This document shows positions 1 through 9,731 of a stretch of DNA of 32,000 bases, piece after piece. A model generated the notes under the pieces. That model was not told the DNA's origin and made no database searches. It saw only the letters and a program-made list of their open reading frames with translations. Positions within the stretch are counted from its first letter, which is position 1, and the number at the start of each line of letters is the position of its first letter. The stretch is from Nitrosopumilaceae archaeon (GTDB lineage: Archaea > Thermoproteota > Nitrososphaeria > Nitrososphaerales > Nitrosopumilaceae): contig DATKYM010000042.1 in NCBI GenBank assembly GCA_035528495.1, positions 9,051 to 41,050 of the forward strand. The letters are read 5' to 3'. A program made the translations under genes and the position numbers.

Positions 1-1220
1 CTTTGGCAATTATTCCACTAGTTGCATTATTATTAATTCCAGGAATTGGCCTAGGGTCAACTGCCTTTGCTCAATATGATATTCCAAACATGGATGACTT
101 TGAGATGCCTACACCGGAGGAGATTGAAAAAATGATGCAAACACAAGAAGTGAGTGGTAACTACAAGAATTCTGAACATGGCATCGAGGTAACCATTCCT
201 AATGGTTGGAGTGGGATGGGATCAGACTTTAAGGATCCTACAACTGGGGGATGGATTTCAGGATTCCAAGCAATGGAAGGCGGCTTTGAGGCAAACATGT
301 CCTCTATGCAAAATGGAGAATTTGAAATTATCATGCTAAGTATTATGGATAAACCTGAAGAAGAAACCACAGATCCACCAGATGTAAGACCTCCTTCGGA
401 TGAATTTGATGTTGATTGTGATGTTATCACAATAGAAAAAATTTCTGTAAATAATAAAGACATTATGAAAGTTGAAGCTCAATGTGAAGGTGATATTTCT
501 ATGAAATCCAGAATGTATCACTATGCTACAAATGAAAAAATTATTTCTTTTGCATACATGACATCTCCTTCCTCAGAATTTGATAATAATTTAAAAAACT
601 TTGAAGACTCTGCTAAAACACTCAAAATTGCAAATCAAGTAAATGTATCCTATGAAATTCCAGAAGATTGGGACGTGACCGAGGCAATATCTGATGCAAG
701 AGACACAACTGTTGAGACGATAACTGATACTGCAGAGGCAACAGAAGAAGTATTATCAGATACTGCAGAGGCAACAGAAGAAATGGCATCTGATATTTCA
801 GCTGGAATTGAAGATGCTACAACAAATGGCGAGGAAGGCGGAGGTTGTCTAATTGCAACAGCAGCTTTTGGTACAGAACTTGCACCACAAGTCCAATCCC
901 TCAGAGAAATCAGAGATAACACAGTAATGAGCACATCATTAGGAGCTGCGTTTATGACTGGATTTAACCAATTATACTATTCATTCTCACCTACAATTGC
1001 TGACATGGAAAGAGAAAATCCAATTTTCCAAGAAACAGTTAGAGTGTTTATTACTCCAATGATGTCTAGTTTATCATTAATGACCTTGGCAGAAGACGGA
1101 AACGAAGGACAAGTTTTAGGATTGGGAATTTCTGTAATTGCCTTAAACCTGGGCTTATACCTAGCAGCACCAGCGGCAGTTGGATTTACTATTAGAAAAC
1201 GTCTAAAATCAAGAAATTAA
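1..1220 (+). CDS. Secreted, membrane-anchored surface protein; 5' end probably lies outside the window
   Basis: ORF 3..1220 is open to the window edge. Signal-peptide-like h-region IIPLVALLLIPGIGLGSTAFA|QY has no preceding basic n-region. Acidic linker carries a duplicated DTAEATEE unit. Cys motif GGGCLIATAAFGTELAPQVQSLREIRDN. C-terminal TM helix followed by RKRLKSRN. Confidence 0.7.
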   Translation, partial: LAIIPLVALLLIPGIGLGSTAFAQYDIPNMDDFEMPTPEEIEKMMQTQEVSGNYKNSEHGIEVTIPNGWSGMGSDFKDPTTGGWISGFQAMEGGFEANMSSMQNGEFEIIMLSIMDKPEEETTDPPDVRPPSDEFDVDCDVITIEKISVNNKDIMKVEAQCEGDISMKSRMYHYATNEKIISFAYMTSPSSEFDNNLKNFEDSAKTLKIANQVNVSYEIPEDWDVTEAISDARDTTVETITDTAEATEEVLSDTAEATEEMASDISAGIEDATTNGEEGGGCLIATAAFGTELAPQVQSLREIRDNTVMSTSLGAAFMTGFNQLYYSFSPTIADMERENPIFQETVRVFITPMMSSLSLMTLAEDGNEGQVLGLGISVIALNLGLYLAAPAAVGFTIRKRLKSRN

Positions 1221-1233
1221 TTAGCGTAACAAC

Positions 1234-2850
1234 TTATTGTTTCTTTTTCTCCTCAAGTGATAATAAATCCATTATTTTTTGCGAAGTTACAATTCCAATA
1301 ACACTTTGTTCTGGAGTATGTGAAATTACAGGTATTACATCAAAGGGATGAGAGTTCATTTTTTCTATTACTGAAAATAAATAATCATCAGAAAAAATAT
1401 AATGATATTTCTTAAAAGACACCTCACCTAGCGTTAAAATTTTCTGAGATTCTTTTGAAATCTTTTTTATTTCATTTTTTGAAACCAATCCAACCAAATG
1501 TTTGTTTTCTTTGTCGAAAACAAAAATTACTTTATTCCCACCTAAATCAAATTGTTTTAATCCCTCAAAAACTATCATTTCAGAATTTGCCCTCTGAAAG
1601 TTTTGCTCCATTACACTTGCAGCAGTATGATCCGCAACCGTTCGAAAATAAACTGGCAAAAATCCTAACTCTGAACTTCCCAATTTAACTTGGACTACCT
1701 TTTTTAATTTTCTCTGAAGCTCTACACTAGAAATTACCATTGTAATCAGAGTTCCAAAAACCAATAAAGAAAAGAGCTTAGTATCAAGCAATTCAATTTC
1801 CAATAATGCAAGCATCAAGGCCAAATCAACTGCCCCTTTTGACATAACCCCATAAGCCACTGTTGTAACTGGCCTCATTTTTGCAATTTTTACAGCAAGA
1901 TATGCACCTAAAAATTTCACTCCTATTATGATCGTCAAAAATCCAACAATTGTCAATATAGGCAAATCTAAAAAGTCAGGTGAAAAATGAAGCCCAATTC
2001 CTGCAAAAAATATGGGGATAAAAATTCCATATCCTACTGCCTTTACACTTTTTGAAATCTCTAGATACTCATTTCTTGTCATCCTTGAAACTGCGATTCC
2101 CAAAAGCAAAGCCCCTATTGCACCATGTATGCCACTTATCTCAGCGAGGTATGCTACAAGAAGAATCATTCCAATGACAATTGCAAAATATACTTGTTCT
2201 GCTTCCAAATGTTTCTTGATAATTCTAAAAAAGTGGGGTAAAACGAAAACTGACGCCAGTCCTGCAATTACGAAAAATATTATCATTTTTGCAAATAGCC
2301 AAACAAAATCTTCAATTTCTGGAGAACCACTAGAGCCAATTTGAATAATTACACTTGTAACCACAATTGCAATAAATTCAATTATTGCAGTGATTGTGAA
2401 AATTTCTAATCCTATTGTGGACCTTAGTCTTCCTAAATCTGTAAGAACTTTTGCAGTTACGCCCAAACTTGATGCGCCAATTACACTAGCTAAAGCTAAA
2501 GATTTTACAAGAGAAATATCAATATAAAGACTAAAAATTACAGCTGCAAAAAAAGGAGTTAAGAAACCTATTGCAGAAGCTATAAAAATTCTCTTGCGTA
2601 ATACTCTGAATAATCCAGGAAGATCAATTTCTTCAAGTCCAATTAAAAAGAACAAAAAGAAAACCCCAATTGAGATAAAAACTTCAATTTCATCAATTGG
2701 ATCAACTAGTGCAAATAACGCAGGTCCTAAAATTATTCCTGCTAATACATTTCCAATAATTGTCGGTTGTTTTATTCTATGAAATACTTCACCAAATAAT
2801 TTTGAACCAATAACTAGTATTGCAAGATATAGAATTGCCTCAAAAACCAT
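1234..2850 (-). CDS. Cation:proton antiporter (CPA2/Kef-NapA type) with C-terminal CBS-domain pair
   Basis: 538 aa. About 12 predicted TM helices with the typical N-terminus ...KQPTIIGNVLAGIILGPALF. The cytosolic C-terminal ~150 aa has CBS-like repeats (HLVGLVSKNEI, VIGIVTSQKIMDLL). Confidence 0.8.
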   Translation of the reverse strand: MVFEAILYLAILVIGSKLFGEVFHRIKQPTIIGNVLAGIILGPALFALVDPIDEIEVFISIGVFFLFFLIGLEEIDLPGLFRVLRKRIFIASAIGFLTPFFAAVIFSLYIDISLVKSLALASVIGASSLGVTAKVLTDLGRLRSTIGLEIFTITAIIEFIAIVVTSVIIQIGSSGSPEIEDFVWLFAKMIIFFVIAGLASVFVLPHFFRIIKKHLEAEQVYFAIVIGMILLVAYLAEISGIHGAIGALLLGIAVSRMTRNEYLEISKSVKAVGYGIFIPIFFAGIGLHFSPDFLDLPILTIVGFLTIIIGVKFLGAYLAVKIAKMRPVTTVAYGVMSKGAVDLALMLALLEIELLDTKLFSLLVFGTLITMVISSVELQRKLKKVVQVKLGSSELGFLPVYFRTVADHTAASVMEQNFQRANSEMIVFEGLKQFDLGGNKVIFVFDKENKHLVGLVSKNEIKKISKESQKILTLGEVSFKKYHYIFSDDYLFSVIEKMNSHPFDVIPVISHTPEQSVIGIVTSQKIMDLLSLEEKKKQ

Positions 2851-2865
2851 TATTTCACTTTTCTA

Positions 2866-2926
2866 CTAAATATCCACGTTAATCTCTTTTTCTAAATATC
2901 CACGTGCAAGTCACGAAAATCCACAT
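2866..2926. promoter_or_regulatory. Direct repeats in the antiporter upstream region: perfect 14-mer CTAAATATCCACGT x2 (2866-2879, 2892-2905) plus a third ATCCAC core (2919-2924)
   Basis: Read directly from the sequence. The repeats lie 16-75 nt upstream of the minus-strand ATG at 2850. Copy 2 overlaps the palindrome CACGTG (2901-2906). Confidence 0.45.
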
Positions 2927-3035
2927 AACATTAATGATTAGGCAAAAAATAAAACAATTACAAAAGTATGTTGTTTTGATTTTTTCAAAAAAAATTTGAA
3001 CGCATTTTAATAAATTTTTTATACTTTTTAGGCAA

Positions 3036-3377
3036 GTGAAAATTGTGGATAAAGAAAAAGAATTATTTGAAAAAATTGCTTTAAAATTGTCAAAAAAATA
3101 TAGTCTTGTAAAAATTGGCAAAATGATGTCGTCTCCAAGAATCAGTTACAAGAAAAAATTCTTTGCTTTTTATTACAAACAGGAAATTACCCTTAGATTG
3201 GGTAAAGATTTTATGCCTGAAACCTATGGAATTAAAAAATGGAGATATCTCAATCCTTTCAAAACCAAGGCAGCCATGAAAAATTGGTTTCAACTTCCGT
3301 ATTCTGAAAAGAAAAACTGGGAAAAACTAGCAATATACGCGATGGATAAACTTGAGGAGGAAATAAAATTAAAATAA
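3036..3377 (+). CDS. Hypothetical small basic protein
   Basis: 113-aa ORF with a GTG start and lysine-rich composition. No diagnostic motif recognised; only a weak resemblance to TfoX-N/YjbR-like small proteins. Confidence 0.45.
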   Translation: MKIVDKEKELFEKIALKLSKKYSLVKIGKMMSSPRISYKKKFFAFYYKQEITLRLGKDFMPETYGIKKWRYLNPFKTKAAMKNWFQLPYSEKKNWEKLAIYAMDKLEEEIKLK

Positions 3378-3410
3378 CTTTCAAACAATGTTGAGGATAA
3401 ATCTACTGGT

Positions 3411-3441
3411 ATTTTTTGATACTAATTTTAAAATTTTTTTA
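3411..3441 (+). terminator. Oligo-T tracts (T6 at 3412-3417, T7 at 3434-3440) downstream of the 3036..3377 gene
   Basis: Archaeal termination commonly uses oligo-T runs. The tracts lie 35-63 nt after the stop codon in a convergent intergenic gap. Confidence 0.3.
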
Positions 3442-3479
3442 ACTCCTAATAATTACAAAAATCACAAACGTTTCTGTTC

Positions 3480-4244
3480 TTATTTTAATTTTAAAATTTT
3501 CAAAAGATTCTCAAAACTTTCTTGTGATTGTTCTTGTTTGTAAATTCTTAAAACTTCAATAATTTTCTCTTTTGAGGGAATTTTATAAATTCTTCGGATA
3601 TCTTTTGCTATTCCAGAACCAATAAAAATTGCTTGAGTGATTGATGTTACATTCGATACTCTTCTGTTTGTACTGGAGCTTTCAAAATCAATTATAGTTG
3701 ATTTTGTGTTTCCGACTATAACATGCTTTGAGATACTACTTAGTTCTCCATGGTCAAATCCTATTTGATCTAATCTAAAACAATCCTCTAAAGATGTTTC
3801 AATAACAGTCTTTAATTTTTTAGTACTTCCAGATCCACCTAATGATTTTATCCATTTACTTATTTTTTCACCTTCGAGATATTCCATTACAACAAAATTT
3901 TTGCTAAAATCAAAAAGTTTAGGACCAACTTTCACTTTGTTAACTAATTTAAGAAATTTAGCTTCGCTTTTCATTTCACTTCTTTGAGAATCTAATCTAC
4001 GAATCTTCAGTGCAACTTTTTTATTTCCTCTCTTGGCTAAAACAACTACCCCAACATACCCCTTTCCCAAAATTTGTAATTTTCCAATCGTAGTGGGACC
4101 AATTAAAGAAATTGAATTAATTTTTAGTTTTTCCAACTCTAAAATTCTTGAATTAAGTTGTCTTTTAGTAACTCTTGGATACCCAAGAATCGTTGAGTAT
4201 GGTTCTTTTGAAAATTTCTTAATCGAAATGAAAGATTGTTTCAT
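3480..4244 (-). CDS. Atypical RIO/Bud32-like Ser/Thr protein kinase with N-terminal helix-turn-helix-like region
   Basis: Gly-rich loop LGKGYVGVVVLA, VALKIRR lysine, and catalytic/Mg region FDHGELSSISKHVIV...IIDFESS. The start overlaps the cca stop by 26 nt, so co-transcription is likely. Confidence 0.7.
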   Translation of the reverse strand: MKQSFISIKKFSKEPYSTILGYPRVTKRQLNSRILELEKLKINSISLIGPTTIGKLQILGKGYVGVVVLAKRGNKKVALKIRRLDSQRSEMKSEAKFLKLVNKVKVGPKLFDFSKNFVVMEYLEGEKISKWIKSLGGSGSTKKLKTVIETSLEDCFRLDQIGFDHGELSSISKHVIVGNTKSTIIDFESSSTNRRVSNVTSITQAIFIGSGIAKDIRRIYKIPSKEKIIEVLRIYKQEQSQESFENLLKILKLK

Positions 4245-5550
4245 TAGTTAAGATTAGATTTTTTGTTACCTCTTTAATGGATTTTGTTAAACTTTTTGTG
4301 CCTAAAAATACCTTAAATCCCTTCCTAAAATCACTTTGAAGACCCTTTGGAATGCCTGTTTGAAGATTATTTTTCAAGAAATTTGATAAGAATTTTTCCA
4401 CATCGAAATTCTTCCGTTTTTCTAAAGATACAATCTTCCCATCATCATTTACCCACATTAATTCAGTTTTGGAAATATTTTTTGAAATAAAACTACGACA
4501 ATCTTTTTCTCTAAAAATTCCTGGTCCCGTTTTGGAATATTTCTTTGGAATTATAGGTGATTCTAGGAGAAAAAAAAGACATGCTTCTTTTTTCTCGTCT
4601 GTATGTGAAGTACTTCGTAAAACTTTGAAACCACCTATCTCTAACTGAATCTTCAATGAATTAGTGGCTCTCTTTATTTGACCCCATATGATATCTGGAC
4701 TTCTAAATTTAAAATCAAATTTTACTACTAGAACATTTTCTAAATTATTTTTAGATAATTTTAATTTTTTAGGTTTAAAGAATTTTAAAGACGGTTTAAT
4801 TTGAAATGCTCTGCAACTTAAAATAAATTTTCCAATATTTTCAATCGATATTGCCGCTGCTAAATTCCTGTTACTATCAATGGGATCAGCTATTACAATT
4901 GCAGTATTAAATTTCTTTAACGTTTTCCCTATTATTTGGTTTTCTTTTATTTTTGCAATTGATTTGATTACATTTTCAAAACTTCCAAAATTTAAGATCA
5001 ATACCTCAGACACATAACCACTAAATCCTTGTTTTGCCATTTCTGCACCATAAATTTCCGTAGATTGAAGGAAAGTTTTTAGTAATCTTACTTCGTTTCT
5101 CATTTTTGGTGTAAGGACCTTTTTCATATTTCTTGTATGAAAAGGAGATCTATCTGCTGAGCTCTTCCAATTTCCTAATTTTACATCATAACAAGGAACT
5201 ACATTTATTTTTGTATTTTTAATTTTAGCCTCAACATAAGGGTGCTCTGAATATCTAACATATGGATTATGAGATTTCATTGAGTCAAATCCAATTTTTT
5301 TTGAAATTGTTACAAATTCTTCTTCTGAAGTTTCTTTTTTGAATTTGATGAAAATATCAACATCTGCACTCTTGGGTAACCATGTTCCTTTGGCAAATGA
5401 GCCTCCAAATTCCAAATCTATTACCTGTGGGAATTTCTTTACTTGAATTTCAACTAATTTGAAGGCCAAATCAGCAATGTCACTTTTTGATTTTTCTAAG
5501 GATTTTGTAGGAATTACTGAATTTCTAACCTTTGAAATTATTTCTTTCAT
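4219..5550 (-). CDS. cca: CCA-adding enzyme (class I archaeal tRNA nucleotidyltransferase)
   Basis: 443 aa. Class I nucleotidyltransferase signature FGGSFAKGTWLPKSADVDIFIKF. Overall length and layout are typical of archaeal Cca. ATGA overlap with upstream thpR. Confidence 0.9.
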   Translation of the reverse strand: MKEIISKVRNSVIPTKSLEKSKSDIADLAFKLVEIQVKKFPQVIDLEFGGSFAKGTWLPKSADVDIFIKFKKETSEEEFVTISKKIGFDSMKSHNPYVRYSEHPYVEAKIKNTKINVVPCYDVKLGNWKSSADRSPFHTRNMKKVLTPKMRNEVRLLKTFLQSTEIYGAEMAKQGFSGYVSEVLILNFGSFENVIKSIAKIKENQIIGKTLKKFNTAIVIADPIDSNRNLAAAISIENIGKFILSCRAFQIKPSLKFFKPKKLKLSKNNLENVLVVKFDFKFRSPDIIWGQIKRATNSLKIQLEIGGFKVLRSTSHTDEKKEACLFFLLESPIIPKKYSKTGPGIFREKDCRSFISKNISKTELMWVNDDGKIVSLEKRKNFDVEKFLSNFLKNNLQTGIPKGLQSDFRKGFKVFLGTKSLTKSIKEVTKNLILTNETIFHFD

Positions 5551-6089
5551 AGTTTAGCCTTAATCTCCTCTAAATCAGAATACAATGGACCTTGTGGAGT
5601 AAGGACACTTTGTTTAAGTTTAATATTTGATATTTCCTGCGATCCAAATTCTAATTTTTCAAATTTCTCCATTTCTTTACTGATATCTCCTACCTTGTTT
5701 TTAATTCTAAATATTGTAATGTGAGATTTGAACGGCTTGTCAGGAATAAAACCCAAAGGTGATAGTACATTTTCAACCTTTTTTGCTAAACCTATCAAAG
5801 CATTTGCTCCTATTTCATCGGTTCCAATCCAGATGACTCTAGGAAATTTAATTTTAGGAAAGGCTCCAATTCCTTTAAAATTTACTTTGAAAGTTGAAAA
5901 CTCTATCGTCTTGAGGGCTAGTTTTATTTTTTGAGAAATTTCCTCTGAAATTTCACCTAAAAACTGGAGTGTAAAATGCAAATGCTGAGATTCTATAGGT
6001 TTAGCTTTAATGATCTCTGATTGCAGTTTGGCGATTGAATTAATTAAATCATCATTAGAAATTTCTACTGCCACAAATGCTCGCATCAC
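5547..6089 (-). CDS. thpR: RNA 2',3'-cyclic phosphodiesterase / 2'-5' RNA ligase family (2H phosphoesterase)
   Basis: 180 aa with the two H-x-T/S-x motifs of the 2H superfamily: HLHFTLQFLG and SHITIFRIK. Confidence 0.85.
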   Translation of the reverse strand: MMRAFVAVEISNDDLINSIAKLQSEIIKAKPIESQHLHFTLQFLGEISEEISQKIKLALKTIEFSTFKVNFKGIGAFPKIKFPRVIWIGTDEIGANALIGLAKKVENVLSPLGFIPDKPFKSHITIFRIKNKVGDISKEMEKFEKLEFGSQEISNIKLKQSVLTPQGPLYSDLEEIKAKL

Positions 6090-6159
6090 AACTTTCTTTG
6101 AAGTATCTTTATAATAATTTCCGGTAGCTTCATAGATTACCCGATTTGTTCTTTAACTG

Positions 6160-6708
6160 TTGACTAAACTAATTGTTTGCTTGACTGGCATGCCTGGAGC
6201 AGGAAAATCTACAATAGCTGATGGTCTGAAATCCAAAGGCTATGAGATCATCAATATGGGAAATGCAGTTAGAAATGAGGCAAAGAAAAGAAATCTTGAA
6301 CCTACTGGGTCTAATCTCGGAAAATTGATGCTTGATCTTCGAGAAAAAAATGGCCCAGGTGCAGTAGCAGAGTTGGTAAAACCACAAATTGAAAATTCAA
6401 AATCAACGGTTATCATTATTGATGGCATTAGATCGTCGGCTGAAATTGAAGTTCTTAGGAAGTTTGGAGCAGTAAAACTTCTTGCAATACATGCCTCAAC
6501 TAATACTAGATTTGGATTCTTACAACAACGGGGAAGATCAGATGATCCTAAAACCAAAGAAAATTTTGAGGAAAGAGACAACAGAGAATTAGGAGTGGGA
6601 ATTAGTAACCCAATTGCTTTATCTGACGATGCAATTTCAAATAATAATTTTACAAAAGAACAATTGATTGAGGTATCCTTTAAAAAAATTGAAGAATGGC
6701 TAAAATGA
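6160..6708 (+). CDS. P-loop nucleotide/nucleoside kinase-like protein (archaeal UPF0200 / dephospho-CoA-kinase-like family)
   Basis: Walker A LTGMPGAGKST sits 8 residues from the TTG start. The next ATG lies inside the P-loop, so TTG initiation is required. Size is 182 aa. Confidence 0.7.
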   Translation: MTKLIVCLTGMPGAGKSTIADGLKSKGYEIINMGNAVRNEAKKRNLEPTGSNLGKLMLDLREKNGPGAVAELVKPQIENSKSTVIIIDGIRSSAEIEVLRKFGAVKLLAIHASTNTRFGFLQQRGRSDDPKTKENFEERDNRELGVGISNPIALSDDAISNNNFTKEQLIEVSFKKIEEWLK

Positions 6709-7106
6709 AGAGGCCTTCCCTTAGCTGTAAAATTGAACTTTTTTGCTCCCTTAATCCTTCAGAAGATCCAAGTAAAGTCAAATTTGCAATCGATAATATC
6801 CTTTCAAACTGCAAAATAACTATTGAGAAATTTTCTATAAAAGCAAGTTCAAATGATTTACAATCATTAGAAAAAATTCATGAAAATATAGGTTCTATGA
6901 ACTCTCAAAGAATTTATCGACGAACATTGGAAAAAAATTTAGACGCCAATTCTACATGGTTTTATCTTAACAAACAAGCCGCCTTTGCTGAAAAAATAGC
7001 AATTTGTGAAAAATCAGATGAATCTCCGTTAGGACCAATAAAGTTAGTTTTAACTTCATCTAGTATCAATAGAATTATTGATTGGTTAATTGACGATGAG
7101 GAATAA
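6696..7106 (+). CDS. Hypothetical protein, possibly the UPF0201/COG1931-type RNA-binding partner of the preceding kinase-like gene
   Basis: 136-aa ORF overlapping the upstream gene by 13 nt. Size and position match the UPF0200/UPF0201 pairing I recall from other archaea. No motif verified. Confidence 0.4.
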   Translation: MAKMKRPSLSCKIELFCSLNPSEDPSKVKFAIDNILSNCKITIEKFSIKASSNDLQSLEKIHENIGSMNSQRIYRRTLEKNLDANSTWFYLNKQAAFAEKIAICEKSDESPLGPIKLVLTSSSINRIIDWLIDDEE

Positions 7107-7166
7107 ATTTAGTTAATTAAAATAAATCATTATCTACTTTTCAGAATTCAAGTAATTTGGATATAA

Positions 7167-7886
7167 TTATTTTTTAAATATAGAAACTAATTCTGGCAAA
7201 GCTTTAGCAGAGGTGGATCTAATTGACCAGTCCATTTCTGATGTCATGGTTGTTTCATCAGGATTAATTTCCACTAATGTTGCATTATTTTGTTTTGCAT
7301 AGATTGGCAACGTATTTGCAGGAGAAACCACCAATGAAGTTCCTGCAATAACCATAACATCGCAATTATTTGCATGAGCGATTGCTTCTTGCCATACGTC
7401 TTGAGGTAAACCCTCACCAAACCATACTACATCGGGTCTAAGAATATTACCACATTTACATACAGGCGGAATTTCTGAGAAATTAGAAGTAATTTCATCC
7501 TTGTAATCACAAACGGTACATTTGATTTTAACGATACTTCCATGCAATTCTAAAACTTTTGAGCTACCGGCTCTTTGATGAAGCCCATCAATATTTTGTG
7601 TAAGGACAACTACTTCTAAAAATTTTTCCAATTCAACAATTGCATTATGTCCAAAATTGGGTTGTGCTGCAAAAATATTTTGTCTTCGTTCGTTATACCA
7701 TTCCCAAACTAGTTTTGGATTTTTATAAAATGCATCAATTGTAGCTAATTTCATTGCATCATAATTTCTCCACAACCCATCCTTACCTCTAAAGGTGGGA
7801 ATTCCACTTTCTTGCGAGATTCCAGCACCGGTTGTAAAAACAATTTTTTTCGCTGTTGTTAGCTGTTCAGCAATTTGTTCAAACAT
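7167..7886 (-). CDS. cobB: NAD-dependent protein deacylase, Sir2 family
   Basis: GAGISQESGIPTFRG NAD-binding motif, QNIDGLH, Zn-ribbon cysteines CTVC...CKCG, and GTSLVVSPA. Confidence 0.9.
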   Translation of the reverse strand: MFEQIAEQLTTAKKIVFTTGAGISQESGIPTFRGKDGLWRNYDAMKLATIDAFYKNPKLVWEWYNERRQNIFAAQPNFGHNAIVELEKFLEVVVLTQNIDGLHQRAGSSKVLELHGSIVKIKCTVCDYKDEITSNFSEIPPVCKCGNILRPDVVWFGEGLPQDVWQEAIAHANNCDVMVIAGTSLVVSPANTLPIYAKQNNATLVEINPDETTMTSEMDWSIRSTSAKALPELVSIFKK

Positions 7887-7887
7887 C

Positions 7888-8787
7888 TTATTTTATTTCA
7901 ACTTCTAAAAGATCCTTTGCAGTAATTACAGAATCATGAATTTGCTTTGCTTCTTTTAGATGAAGAGTTTCATCTTTATATCTTGCAGAAAAATGGGTCA
8001 GAATTAGATTTTTTACTCTAGCATTTGCACCAAGTGTAGCTGCCTCTTTTGCAGTAGAGTGACACGTTTCTTTGGCTCTTTCCTTCAATTCATCTAAAAA
8101 TGTTGCGTCAAAAACAAGATAATCACATTTTTCAAAAAATTTCTCTAATTCGTCAGTTGGCATTGTATCTCCTGAAATTCCAATTTTTTTCCCAGGTCGT
8201 TTTTCACCTAACACCTGATCCGATGTAATTACTTTCTCACCAATTTTAATCTGTTCTCCATTTTGTAATTTATTCCACAAATGTCCTTCAGGAATTTTCA
8301 TCTCACGTGCTTTCTCAAGATTGAATCTACCTGGTTTGTCTTTTTCATCAAAACGATATGAAAATGCAGGAACGGAATGACTTGCTCTGCATGCATATAC
8401 TGAGTAAAATTTAGAATCTAAAACTTTTCCTTCATCTACTATTGAAATCAATATTGGAAATGACAATCCAAAATTTAATACATTGATATTTGCAGCAATG
8501 AATTCATCTATTCCTTTTGGTCCATAAATTTCTAAAGATTCCGTTCTATGTTGCATTGTCATTGTTTGAAGAAGTCCCAAAATTCCTACACAATGATCAC
8601 CATGTAGATGTGTAACAAAAATTTTCATTTTCTTATTCCAACCCAAGCCAGATTTAAGAAACGAAATTTGTGCTGATTCTCCAGCATCAAACATCAAAAT
8701 TTCTCCCTCTCGTTCAAGACAAATGCATGATAATCCTCTATTCTCTGTAGGTTGTGCAGCAGATGTTCCCAAAAATACAAGTTTCAT
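7888..8787 (-). CDS. rnz: Ribonuclease Z (tRNA 3' endonuclease, metallo-beta-lactamase fold)
   Basis: [15 protein letters not shown]-terminus, HLHGDH motif, C-terminal [10 protein letters not shown]. The stop is 1 nt from the cobB start. Confidence 0.9.
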   Translation of the reverse strand: MKLVFLGTSAAQPTENRGLSCICLEREGEILMFDAGESAQISFLKSGLGWNKKMKIFVTHLHGDHCVGILGLLQTMTMQHRTESLEIYGPKGIDEFIAANINVLNFGLSFPILISIVDEGKVLDSKFYSVYACRASHSVPAFSYRFDEKDKPGRFNLEKAREMKIPEGHLWNKLQNGEQIKIGEKVITSDQVLGEKRPGKKIGISGDTMPTDELEKFFEKCDYLVFDATFLDELKERAKETCHSTAKEAATLGANARVKNLILTHFSARYKDETLHLKEAKQIHDSVITAKDLLEVEIK

Positions 8788-9731
8788 TTTATCAAAATTG
8801 TCCTGGTCAAGCTTTTATGCCTATAGATATCATAAGTCTTTGATGGATTCATATTCAATTCTTTTTCAAATCCCTTTTTACACATTATTGCAATCTTCTT
8901 ACGTCTAGGAAGTTTGGATACAAATTTTTTAATTAATTCTTTAGGATCTTCTGATGCTTTAGATGCGATTCCATAAGGGAGATCTGTGACGATCCCATCA
9001 AATTTATCTTCCATACTTGTAAATTCACTAAAATCTGCGTTGATCATTTTTGATTTGAAGCCATTTGCTTCTAGGTTTTCCTTTGAAATTTCGTACATTT
9101 TTTTATCAAAATCTACTCCAATTGCTTTTATGCCCATGGATTCAGCCTCCAAAAGTGTGGTACCAGTACCACAAAATGGATCGCATACAGTTTCTCCTTC
9201 TTTTAATCCAATCAAATTAATCATTACCCTTGCTAATTTCCAATCTAATTCATGTGGATGTTTTCGGATTTTTTTAGGCCTTTTAGTAAATTCGCTTGGT
9301 CTTGAAAAACCAAAAAAATTTTCTTGATTTGTAAAAATTAAATAAATAATAATATCAGGATTTTGCAAGTCTACCTTAGCTTGAGAAAGCTTGGAAATCA
9401 TATCCCCCATCGAGCTTTCTAATTCTGGAATTTCAAACTTTTTTGAGGATAAGTTTTCTATTCTACACGCAAAAGTTTTAGCATTTTTTAAAACTTCAAA
9501 ATTATCTTCTTCTAAAAATAGTCCAGACATTTTCCTTAAGATTTGACCAGATATTTTTACAAAAGTTGCACGCTGTGCAATTACTTCCCAATTTATTTTT
9601 GATTGTATTATTACCAAATTGGAAAATGATTTTGATTTGGCAAATCGATCATAAGTTTTTGCAATAGCAACTATTTCATCTTTAGCAATTTCTAAATGAT
9701 CTTTAGACAATATAAAAAAACTTTCTGGCAT
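8784..9731 (-). CDS. THUMP-domain tRNA (guanine-N2) methyltransferase (Trm-G10/Trm11 type)
   Basis: N-terminal THUMP-like region followed by SAM-MTase motifs [15 protein letters not shown] and DLPYG. 4-nt overlap with rnz. Confidence 0.8.
   Translation of the reverse strand: MPESFFILSKDHLEIAKDEIVAIAKTYDRFAKSKSFSNLVIIQSKINWEVIAQRATFVKISGQILRKMSGLFLEEDNFEVLKNAKTFACRIENLSSKKFEIPELESSMGDMISKLSQAKVDLQNPDIIIYLIFTNQENFFGFSRPSEFTKRPKKIRKHPHELDWKLARVMINLIGLKEGETVCDPFCGTGTTLLEAESMGIKAIGVDFDKKMYEISKENLEANGFKSKMINADFSEFTSMEDKFDGIVTDLPYGIASKASEDPKELIKKFVSKLPRRKKIAIMCKKGFEKELNMNPSKTYDIYRHKSLTRTILIK

Noticed and set aside
161-934. Minus-strand ORFs 161..463, 336..521 and 650..934 inside the first gene
   Set aside because: They are antisense shadow frames of a well-supported secreted-protein CDS. 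Their products are low-complexity (Ser/Ile-rich) with no motifs.
1455-2782. Plus-strand ORFs 1455..1688, 2012..2344 and 2594..2782
   Set aside because: They are antisense to the antiporter CDS and give a shadow-frame composition typical of membrane-protein genes.
2879-3121. 80-aa minus-strand ORF spanning the antiporter promoter region
   Set aside because: It overlaps the repeat-bearing intergenic region and the 5' end of the 3036..3377 gene. The Phe/Ile/Cys-rich product looks like a translated AT-rich spacer.
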